Shown one piece after another: positions 19,501 through 27,181 of a DNA stretch of 64,000 nt (the stretch's first letter is position 1; each line of letters begins with the position of its first letter). The notes under the pieces are model-generated. The model was given only the letters and a program-made list of their open reading frames with translations, ran no database searches and had not been told where the DNA came from. The translations under genes and the position numbers were made by a program. Source of the DNA: Anaerolinea sp. (GTDB lineage Bacteria; Chloroflexota; Anaerolineae; Anaerolineales; Anaerolineaceae); NCBI GenBank assembly GCA_029975055.1, contig JARKPU010000055.1, positions 17,251 to 81,250 of the forward strand. The letters are read 5' to 3'.

Positions 19501-19501
19501 T

Positions 19502-19766
19502 GGTGCGGTCATGCAATCGACCGCGCCATTCGGGCTTGTAGGGTGCGGCCGCCTTGGGCCGCACCATCTTTTACTGTCAAAAAGGGTGCGGTCATGCAAT
19601 CGACCACACCCTACAAGAAGAGAAAGAGGTGCGGTCATGCAATCGACCGCACCCTACAAGAGTCGCTTTGGGCTGCACCGTCTTAGCTTGTAGGGTGCGG
19701 CCGCCTTGGGCCGCACCATCTTTTACTGCCAAAAAGGGTGCGGTCATCAAATCGACCGCACCCTAC
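19502..19766. repeat. GTAG-tagged REP cluster with two REPIN/BIME-like doublets
   Basis: REP-A GTAGGGTGCGGCCGCCTTGGGCCGCACC at 19538 and 19690. Inverted REP-B GGTGCGGTCATSMAATCGACCRCACCCTAC at 19585-19614, 19628-19657 and 19737-19766, with a degenerate copy at 19502. The 77-nt doublets are 19538-19614 and 19690-19766. Confidence 0.85.
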
Positions 19767-19813
19767 GCGAGGTGCTCGACTCTTCCCTTCGCGGTTAAAT
19801 CCTTGCTGCCGGA

Positions 19814-21193
19814 TTAGAGCCGGGTTTCCCCTTTCCCCCTCATCAAAATTCCCGCAGCGATCACCACCACGATCGCGATCGCGAGGGCGTACCCGTAAAC
19901 CGGCAGAACACCCAGCCCCCACAGCACGTACGGTGCCGCTGCCAAAACCGACAGCAGCAGGGCTAGCGGCAGGTGGTTCAGCAGCTTCAACCTCAACCTC
20001 GCCGCCGCACCTGCCAGCAGCGCCAGAGTCAAAAGACCCGTCACAGCCAGCCCCGCCGCCGGGAAGATACCCGTGTAGGGCCCGTTGGCGAGCTCGGGGA
20101 ACAGCGCGAGCGCCGACCCCGCCAGTGAAAGCCACGCCAGCACGCTCACCACCGTCCAGGCGCGGCGCGTGCCGGCCAGCACCCCGCTCGCCAGCCAGAT
20201 CAGCCCGCCGAGCAGAGCCAGAACCAGCTCTCCCGCCAGCAGCGTGAAGTAACTGCCCGGCGCCGAAGCCCGCAGCGTGTCGTGAGCGTTATCCCCCACA
20301 GCCGCCCACTGCAATGACCCATCCGGCCGCACAATGGCCACACCCTCCAGCCCCATTGCCAGGAGCAGGCTGCCCGTCGCCGGGTCGATCAACGCATCGA
20401 CCGGGGCCGCCTGTACAAACACATTGTTCGCGCGGGTTTTCCGCAGGTAGGCTTCTTCCGGCTCAGAGAGAGGCGCAAAAGCCCCAACAGCCTGCCAGGT
20501 TGCACCCCCGTCTGCAGAGCGCTCCACCGGCCCGCCGGAAGTCACGCGGAACTCCGCACCGCCGCCCGGCGCGCTCAGAACGAGAGGCCCGGCGTTCTGC
20601 AGCTTCCAACACTCACCCCGGTCCTGCCAGGAGTCGCCTTCCACCTGCCAGGTCAGGCCCCCGTCACGGCTGGCATATACCCGCCCAAAGCCCGCCTGGG
20701 CATAAAAAGAGCCGTCTTTCTCGGCCAGGCACGTGACACCCATATCCGGCATAGCCGAGTCGGCCAGCGCCGTGACCGCCGCGAGTGGCAGGGCCAGCAG
20801 CCGCCAGCGCAGCGGGCTGGCAGGCGCCGATTCGCCGCGCCTCCACAACCAGAAAGCCCCGGCCAGCGCCGGCAGAGCGAGCAAATCGGTCGGGTCTGCG
20901 ATCGACCGCAGCGGCAGAAAGCCCAACCACCCGGCAGTGACCGGGCCGGCCTTGAGAAGCACGAACGCCCCGGCTACTATTCCAAAACTCAAGGCAGCTG
21001 CCCCCCACCGCGGCAGAGCCAATTCCAGCAGCCCAGCCAGAAGCAGCGGCAAGAAAACCAGCATACCCAGGTCGCTCAGCTTGCCGGTGAGCCAGGAAGG
21101 GGCCAGGGGTTTGAGCAGGAAGTCGTTGAGCGCCACGAGCAGAATCGCCAGCAGCGCCAGCGGGTGAGTCAACATGCGCAGAGATTTGCTCAT
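19814..21193 (-). CDS. Hypothetical multi-pass membrane protein with extracytoplasmic BNR/beta-propeller-like segment
   Basis: N-terminal TMs (NDFLLK...GKLSD), SRDGGLTW and SADGGATW Asp-box repeats, C-terminal TM bundle; TATAAT 6 nt before ATG 21193. Confidence 0.7.
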   Translation of the reverse strand: MSKSLRMLTHPLALLAILLVALNDFLLKPLAPSWLTGKLSDLGMLVFLPLLLAGLLELALPRWGAAALSFGIVAGAFVLLKAGPVTAGWLGFLPLRSIADPTDLLALPALAGAFWLWRRGESAPASPLRWRLLALPLAAVTALADSAMPDMGVTCLAEKDGSFYAQAGFGRVYASRDGGLTWQVEGDSWQDRGECWKLQNAGPLVLSAPGGGAEFRVTSGGPVERSADGGATWQAVGAFAPLSEPEEAYLRKTRANNVFVQAAPVDALIDPATGSLLLAMGLEGVAIVRPDGSLQWAAVGDNAHDTLRASAPGSYFTLLAGELVLALLGGLIWLASGVLAGTRRAWTVVSVLAWLSLAGSALALFPELANGPYTGIFPAAGLAVTGLLTLALLAGAAARLRLKLLNHLPLALLLSVLAAAPYVLWGLGVLPVYGYALAIAIVVVIAAGILMRGKGETRL

Positions 21194-21253
21194 AGATTCA
21201 TTATACAATTGTGGGGAGCAGAGTGAACGGCCATGCAGATAAGCCGCGTTTAA

Positions 21254-21994
21254 TTACGGGTTCTGCCAGCCGCAGAGCTTCTTTTCCAGCCAATCAACGA
21301 TGAAATAGAGCGCCAGCCCCAGCAGACTCATCACCACAATCCCGGCATACATCGCCGGGTAATTGATCATCGAAGAACCCTGGAAGTAAATGTAATATCC
21401 CAGCCCAAAGCGCGTGGCAAACACCTCGGTCACATAAAGCACCGCCACCGCCGTGCCGATAGACTGGCGCAGCGCGGTGAGGATGCCCGGCAGGCTGGCA
21501 GGCAGGTAAACGAAGCGGAAGAGCGCCCTTCGCCCCGCCCCCAGGCTGCGCACCGAGAGGATCAACTCGGGGCGCAGCGCCGCGGCCTGGTCGCGCACCA
21601 GGACGAGAATCTGGAAGAACAGGATCAGAAAAATGATCAGAATCTTCGAAAGGTCGCCGATGCCAAAGAAGAGCAACAGCACCGGCACGAAGACCACCTT
21701 GGGAATCGGGTAAAGAATGTAGATCACCGGCAAAAAGAACTCGTTGAGGCGCTTGCTCTGGCCCAGCAGCAGCCCGGCGGGGGCCGCCAGGCCAATAGAA
21801 AGCAGCGTAGAGGCCAGCACGCGCCACAGGCTGGCGAGGAAGTGCTTCGGCAGCTCGCCGTGCAGGGTTTCCTCCACCAGCGTGCGCGCCACCTCCACCG
21901 GCGCCGGCAGAATGCTCTGGCGCAGCAACATCGCCAGCAACTGCCAGGCCGCCAGGAGCGCCAGCGTGGCTACCAGCACGCGCCCGCGCTTCAT
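21254..21994 (-). CDS. ABC transporter permease, NitT/TauT/SsuC family
   Basis: YPIPKV, EAA-like LILSVRSLGAGRRALFRFVYLPASLP. Confidence 0.85.
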   Translation of the reverse strand: MKRGRVLVATLALLAAWQLLAMLLRQSILPAPVEVARTLVEETLHGELPKHFLASLWRVLASTLLSIGLAAPAGLLLGQSKRLNEFFLPVIYILYPIPKVVFVPVLLLFFGIGDLSKILIIFLILFFQILVLVRDQAAALRPELILSVRSLGAGRRALFRFVYLPASLPGILTALRQSIGTAVAVLYVTEVFATRFGLGYYIYFQGSSMINYPAMYAGIVVMSLLGLALYFIVDWLEKKLCGWQNP

Positions 21995-22752
21995 AAGCGC
22001 ATCAGCCTTTCGCGCAGCTCGCGCACCACGGCCGCGTACTCCGCGCTCTCGCGGTAGCCGGGCTGCGCCGCGCCGGGGTTATCGATCACCTCCGGCTCGC
22101 GGTTGGGGGGCCGGCCGAGGAGCAAGATCCTCTGGCCCAGCACGGCCGCCTCTTCGATGGCGTGGGTAACCGTCACCAGCGTCAATCCCTGCTCGGCCCA
22201 CAACTCCAGCACCAGCCCCTGCAGGCTTTCGCGCGTGGGCGCATCCAGCGAGGAAAACGGCTCGTCCATCAAGAGCAGGTCGGGTTCCAATGCCAGCGTG
22301 CGTGCGATGGCCGCGCGCTGCCTCTGCCCGCCCGAAACCTGCCCCGGGTACTTGGCGGCCACATCCTGCAGGCCCAGGCGCTTCAACCACGGGTCCACCT
22401 GCAGCGAGGGCTTATAATCGCGCGGGGCGTGGGTGCCATCGGGGCCGTAGAAGTTGCGCACACGCAGCCCAAGCTCGGCGTTCTGGCGCACGGTGGCCCA
22501 GGGCAGCAGGCCGTAATCCTGGATGATCAGCCCGGTGTGCGGCCGCGGGCGGTGAAGCTCCTGGCCCTCCACCAGCACCTTCCCGCCGGTGGGCTGCAGC
22601 AGGCCGGCCAGCAAATTGAGCAGCGTGCTCTTGCCGCAGCCCGAAGGCCCCAGCACCGCCCAGGCTTCGCCGCGCGCCGCGCTCCAGCTAAAGCCGGAGA
22701 AGATCGGCGCACCGCGCCCGTACGAGAAGGTGAGGCTGGAGAGGTGAATCAT
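21991..22752 (-). CDS. ABC transporter ATP-binding protein, NitT/TauT family
   Basis: GPSGCGKST, VSGGQRQR, LLMDEPFSSLD. Confidence 0.9.
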   Translation of the reverse strand: MIHLSSLTFSYGRGAPIFSGFSWSAARGEAWAVLGPSGCGKSTLLNLLAGLLQPTGGKVLVEGQELHRPRPHTGLIIQDYGLLPWATVRQNAELGLRVRNFYGPDGTHAPRDYKPSLQVDPWLKRLGLQDVAAKYPGQVSGGQRQRAAIARTLALEPDLLLMDEPFSSLDAPTRESLQGLVLELWAEQGLTLVTVTHAIEEAAVLGQRILLLGRPPNREPEVIDNPGAAQPGYRESAEYAAVVRELRERLMRL

Positions 22753-22872
22753 AGCTGGAGAAGGTGAGATGACGAGAGATGAGACAACGAGTTGCAGGAT
22801 GAATCCAGAATTTAAGGAACCCGTTTCCCTGGAAGCGCCGTACTCATTGCCTCATCATCTCGTTGACTTTCT

Positions 22873-23841
22873 TCAGGGCAAAAAGCCCCCGTTCACGCAG
22901 TCCGAATAGGCGATATCGGCGCTCAGGTAACCCTTCTCTTTAGCCCAGGCCAGCGCATCGTTATACTGCTCGGCGGTGGGCACCCCCGCGGTGACAAACT
23001 GCGGCACCTGGAAGGAATCGGCCAGCGCCGGCGGGAGAATCTTCTGCGCCGAAAGCAGCGCCTTCCACTTGGCCGGGTCCTGGTTGATCAACTTCACGGC
23101 CTCCTCCAGCCCGGCCAAAAAGGCGCGCACCGCTTCAGGCGAGGCATCGAGCACCTCTTTGCGCATGGTATAGGTGCTGAAGCTATATTCGGGGTGGCTC
23201 GTATCGGCCAGCACCGGCACGGCCCCGTCCAGCGCGGCGGCGCTTGCCAGCGGTTCGGGCAGCACGGCCCCATCAAGCTCACCGCTCTTGAGCAGCGCCA
23301 GGCGCGCATCGATCTTCGGCACCGAGACGAACTTCACCTCCGCCGGCGGCAGCCCTTCGGCCGCCAGCATGCGCTCGGTGGTGTAGGCGATCACCGTGCC
23401 CTCCGAAATGCCGATCGATTTGCCCTTCAACCCGGCCACGTCCGTCACCCCGCTCTGCGAACTGGCCAGCAGGGTGAAGAGCGGTGAGCCGCTGGTGGCC
23501 GCGCGCGCGTAGCGCACGATCTGCACACGCACGCCGTCTTTGTTGAAGAACATCGCCGAAAGCACTTCGTTGATCATCCCGTCCGCCTGCCCTGAGGCAA
23601 TCAACTGGTCGCGCTCGGGGGCCGAACCGGCGGGGATGAACTCCACCTTGACGTTGTGCTTCTCAAAGAGCCCCTGGTCCTGGCCCACAAAAATCGGCAG
23701 CGCGTCCAGAATGGGCAGGGCGACAATCTTGAGCGTGACGGGCGCCGGGGTGGGCGTGGGCGCAGCCACCTGAGGGGCGCAGCCCGCCAGCCCCGCGAGG
23801 ACCGACACGGCCGTCAGGAGAGAGAGGACAACCTTCTTCAT
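22873..23841 (-). CDS. ABC transporter substrate-binding lipoprotein (SsuA/THI5/NlpA-like)
   Basis: MKK...LAGLAGC lipobox, LPIFVGQDQGLFEKHNV, LDGAVLPEPL; AAGGAG SD. Confidence 0.8.
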   Translation of the reverse strand: MKKVVLSLLTAVSVLAGLAGCAPQVAAPTPTPAPVTLKIVALPILDALPIFVGQDQGLFEKHNVKVEFIPAGSAPERDQLIASGQADGMINEVLSAMFFNKDGVRVQIVRYARAATSGSPLFTLLASSQSGVTDVAGLKGKSIGISEGTVIAYTTERMLAAEGLPPAEVKFVSVPKIDARLALLKSGELDGAVLPEPLASAAALDGAVPVLADTSHPEYSFSTYTMRKEVLDASPEAVRAFLAGLEEAVKLINQDPAKWKALLSAQKILPPALADSFQVPQFVTAGVPTAEQYNDALAWAKEKGYLSADIAYSDCVNGGFLP

Positions 23842-24081
23842 CAAACAACTCCTTAGCATGAAATCTGTTTGGTCGAGTGCAAGAGGCCCGAAAACCCCGC
23901 CGGGCCTCGTGGCTCCAATGAACTGATGAACAAAAGCAAAACCGATCTGCCTTCAATCAACCGGAAGCATCCGTCGGGCGACCGGCCAATTTTACTGTAG
24001 CAGATTTCACGCGTGATTATATCAGCACCTAACAGTTGCTTTACAATCCCTCCGGCAAGGCCCTGGCGCGGCGAGGCTCGC

Positions 24082-24110
24082 TTGACATGCCATAACCGCT
24101 GTGTTAAAGT
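24082..24110 (+). promoter_or_regulatory. Sigma70-type promoter for the roadblock-V4R cluster
   Basis: TTGACA-17 nt-TAAAGT with an extended TGn. Confidence 0.6.
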
Positions 24111-24169
24111 TGTAAATGGCTCTTTCGTTCTTTTCCCTTACGTGAAAATACCAGCAAAGGAGTGCAACC

Positions 24170-24541
24170 TTGACTCGATCACGCACCCAAATGATGGTTG
24201 ACCGGCTACGCGAACTGCAAGCCTCATCGCCCGATATCGAGGCGTCTGCTGTCGTCAGCGTGGACGGCCTGCCAATCGCCTCTGCACTCCCCCAGGGGGT
24301 AGAAGAAGACCGCGTTTCAGCCATGTCGGCAGCCATGCTCTCGCTTGGCGAGCGAATCGCTACCGAATTGGGCCGCGGGTCACTCGACCAGGTGTACATC
24401 AAAGGCGAGAAGGGTTATGTCGTCCTCATGTCGGTCGGCGAAGAAGCCGTGCTCACCGCCCTGGCGCGCGAACAGGCGAAACTCGGCCTGATCTTCCTCG
24501 ATATGCGCCGCGCCGCGGAAGACCTTACCAAACTCATCTAA
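24170..24541 (+). CDS. Roadblock/LC7 (MglB-like) domain protein
   Basis: IEASAVVSVDGLPIASALP...VSAMSAAMLSLGERIATELGRGSLDQV; TTG start after AAGGAG. Confidence 0.85.
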   Translation: MTRSRTQMMVDRLRELQASSPDIEASAVVSVDGLPIASALPQGVEEDRVSAMSAAMLSLGERIATELGRGSLDQVYIKGEKGYVVLMSVGEEAVLTALAREQAKLGLIFLDMRRAAEDLTKLI

Positions 24542-24555
24542 CCGGGAGTCACCTC

Positions 24556-25188
24556 ATGGAGCCAATTCCTAAGGCCGGCCTGTATTACCCCAACAAGATT
24601 GCCCGCCTGGCGCTGATGGCGCTGGAGGATGTGATGGGCAAAAACGGCCTGAATGCCATCCTCAACCTCGCCGGCCTCGGGCATCTGATCGACAACCTCC
24701 CCGCCAACAACCTGGAACGGGCCTTCGATTTTGCCGATTTCTCCGCCTTGAACGGGGCGCTGGAAGAAATGTACGGCCCGCGCGGCGGGCGCGGCCTGGC
24801 TCAGCGCGCCGGCAGGGCCGTCTTCATGGAAGGGCTGCGCAACTTTGGCGCGCTGGCCGGAGCGGGCGACCTCGCTTTCAAAATCCTCCCGCTTTCCACC
24901 AAACTGCGCCTGGGCATCCCGGCGATGGCGAAAATCTTCTCCACCACCAGCGACCAGTTGAGCACCGTGGAGGAGAAGGCTGATCACTTCATCTACACCA
25001 TTCATCGCTGCCCGGTCTGTTACGGCCGCCACACCGATAAACCCTGCTGCCACATCGCCACCGGGCTGCTGCAAGAGGGCCTCAAGTGGGTCTCCGGCGG
25101 GCGTGAATTCCGCGTCGTCGAAACTCAGTGCATCGCCACCGGCGAAAAGACCTGTGATTTCCAGATCTTCAAAGAGCCAATCGCCTGA
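24556..25188 (+). CDS. Stand-alone V4R (4-vinyl reductase) domain protein
   Basis: LEDVMGKNGLNAILNLAGL, YGPRGGRGLAQRAGR, CPVC...PCC...ETQCIATGEKTCDF Cys cluster. Confidence 0.8.
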   Translation: MEPIPKAGLYYPNKIARLALMALEDVMGKNGLNAILNLAGLGHLIDNLPANNLERAFDFADFSALNGALEEMYGPRGGRGLAQRAGRAVFMEGLRNFGALAGAGDLAFKILPLSTKLRLGIPAMAKIFSTTSDQLSTVEEKADHFIYTIHRCPVCYGRHTDKPCCHIATGLLQEGLKWVSGGREFRVVETQCIATGEKTCDFQIFKEPIA

Positions 25189-25296
25189 CGGAACGTGCTT
25201 ATTTCTCCTTGAAAATAGCGGTGAAGCACCCGCCATTTTCAGCGAACCGCACGCACCATTGCCCGGCGTGCTCCAGCCGGGCCGCAGGGGTGGATT

Positions 25297-26157
25297 TTGA
25301 ACGAAGCCAAGCCGACCATTCTCATCGTCGAAGACGACCTCGATATCGCAGATATGCTCAACGCGTATTTCCGCGTGCAAGGCTATGACGTGCTGGCGGT
25401 AAACTGGGGTGAAGACGGCGTGCGCGCCGCCCAGAGCAACAGCCCCGACCTGGTGATCCTGGATATCCGCCTGCCGGATATAGACGGCTTTGAAGTGGCC
25501 CGCCGTCTGCGCTCGAACCGCAAAACCAAGACCATCCCGATTATCTTCCTGACTGAAAAACGCGAGCGCTCCGACAAGCTCAAAGGCCTCGAATTGCAGG
25601 CCGATGATTACATCACCAAGCCGTTCGATATTCAAGAACTGCGCCTGCGCGTGCGCAACGCCTTGCAGCGCGCCAGGCAGAACTCGCTCACCAACGCAGT
25701 CACCGGGCTGGCCGAGGGCAGGCTGGTAGATGAAGCCCTCGAAGCCGCCCTCGGGCGCGCGAGCGAGGTGGTGCTGGTCGTCTCGCTGCGCAACCTCGAC
25801 CAGTTCCGCGAGGTCTATGGCTTTGTGGCCGCCGACGACCTGCTGCGCGCCGTGGCGATCATGCTGCGCAACTCGGCGCGCGAAGCAGCCTCTGCTGAAG
25901 ACTTCATCGGCCACCTCTCGCCCACCGATTTTGTCATCATCTGCCCTCCGGGCAGCGCCGCGGCCCTCAAAGAGCGCTCGCGCCGCCGCCTGGAGCAGTC
26001 GTTCGAGTATTTCTACTCAGGCCAGCACCGCGAGGCCGGCACGTTCAGCGGGCGCGGGCTGGCGCTGCAGGTCGGCGAAGTTCGCCTCTCCAGCGCCGGT
26101 CTGAACAGCCTGGCTGCGTTGAAATCCGAACTGGAAGGCTTCTGCCGCCCATCGTGA
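25297..26157 (+). CDS. Response regulator with degenerate GGDEF-like output domain
   Basis: REC domain: ILIVEDD, DLVILDI, FLT, KPF. C-terminal NAVTGL...FREVYGFVAADDLL...FIGHLSPTDF in place of GGDEF. Confidence 0.8.
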   Translation: MNEAKPTILIVEDDLDIADMLNAYFRVQGYDVLAVNWGEDGVRAAQSNSPDLVILDIRLPDIDGFEVARRLRSNRKTKTIPIIFLTEKRERSDKLKGLELQADDYITKPFDIQELRLRVRNALQRARQNSLTNAVTGLAEGRLVDEALEAALGRASEVVLVVSLRNLDQFREVYGFVAADDLLRAVAIMLRNSAREAASAEDFIGHLSPTDFVIICPPGSAAALKERSRRRLEQSFEYFYSGQHREAGTFSGRGLALQVGEVRLSSAGLNSLAALKSELEGFCRPS

Positions 26158-26873
26158 AAACCACCTTCGTTGTTCCAACCTATAATGAGGCGGAGAACCT
26201 GCCCAGGCTGGTCTCCGCCGTGCTGGCCCTGCCAATGCCCGCGCTGAGCCTGCTCATCGTGGACGATAACAGCCCAGACGGCACCGGCAGAATCGCCGAC
26301 GAACTGGCCGAACAGACCGGCGGGCGGGTGAGCGTGCTGCACCGCGCCGGAAAGCTCGGGCTTGGCACGGCTTATATCCAGGGCTTTCAGCTCCTGCTGC
26401 AGCGCGGCGCAGAGGCCATCGGTCAGATGGACGCGGATTTCTCGCACCCCATCGAGAAAATCCCCGAGCTGGCCGCGCTGCTCGAGCGCTGCGACGTGGC
26501 CATCGGCTCGCGCTACGTCAAGGGCGGCCGGCTGGATGAGCGCTGGCCCTTCTGGCGCAAGGCGCTCTCGGGCTTCGGGAATTTCTACGCGCGCACCATC
26601 CTTGGGCTCTCGATCCGCGATGTGACCGGGGGCTTCAAGCTCTGGAAGGCCGAAACCCTGCGCCGCATGCCGCTCGAGCGCGTGCGCTCCAACGGCTACA
26701 TCTTCCAGGTGGAGATGAACTACATCGCCACGCGCCTGGGGTTCAAGGCCCTCGAAACGCCCATCTATTTTGCCGACCGGCGCTGGGGGCAGTCGAAGAT
26801 GAATTTTCGCATCCAGTACGAAGCCGCCGTGCGCACCTGGCAGTTGCCCGCGATGTATAAAGACCTGAAGTAG
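26154..26873 (+). CDS. Polyprenol-monophosphomannose synthase (GT2, Ppm1/Dpm1-like)
   Basis: VVPTYNEAENL, VDDNSPDGTG, GKLGLGTAY, QMDADFSH, GSRYVKGG, SNGYIFQVEM. Confidence 0.85.
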   Translation: MKTTFVVPTYNEAENLPRLVSAVLALPMPALSLLIVDDNSPDGTGRIADELAEQTGGRVSVLHRAGKLGLGTAYIQGFQLLLQRGAEAIGQMDADFSHPIEKIPELAALLERCDVAIGSRYVKGGRLDERWPFWRKALSGFGNFYARTILGLSIRDVTGGFKLWKAETLRRMPLERVRSNGYIFQVEMNYIATRLGFKALETPIYFADRRWGQSKMNFRIQYEAAVRTWQLPAMYKDLK

Positions 26874-26890
26874 GCGCTTCTTTCGAGGAA

Positions 26891-26940
26891 AAAAAGCAGG
26901 CAGGAGAGCGGGTCACGGCCCGCCCTCCTGCCTGCTTTTT
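26891..26940. terminator. Bidirectional rho-independent terminator between convergent genes
   Basis: AAAAAGCAGGCAGGAG ... CTCCTGCCTGCTTTTT. Confidence 0.8.
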
Positions 26941-26960
26941 CTTAACCTGTGGCGGCTTTG

Positions 26961-27167
26961 CTACTGCGCCGTGTACCCCAGCCCGGCGATTGCCTCGCGG
27001 ATCTCCTCCTCGCTGAGGAGCGTTTCGTCATAACTCACCTCGAGCGTCTGGCGGTGATAGCTGCCGCGGATCTCAAGGATGCCCTGCAGGTCATCCTCGA
27101 TGCCCTCCAGGCGCATCACGCAGTTGGCGCAGTGCATATCGGGGATCTTAAAAACCTTCTTCACCAT
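26961..27167 (-). CDS. Heavy-metal-associated (CopZ-like) small protein
   Basis: PDMHCANC metal motif, IAGLGY terminus; alternative start at 27185. Confidence 0.85.
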   Translation of the reverse strand: MVKKVFKIPDMHCANCVMRLEGIEDDLQGILEIRGSYHRQTLEVSYDETLLSEEEIREAIAGLGYTAQ

Positions 27168-27181
27168 ACCGCGTCCCTCTC

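Noticed and set aside
19502-19766. CRISPR array (approximately 30-nt palindromic repeats)
   Set aside because: The repeats alternate in orientation, the spacers are repeated or irregular, and the GTAG tag fits REPs
19306-20247. Short ORFs over the menA downstream region (e.g. 19306-19638, 19448-19693, 19554-19817)
   Set aside because: They are translations of REP repeats with internally repeated peptide strings and no coding signals
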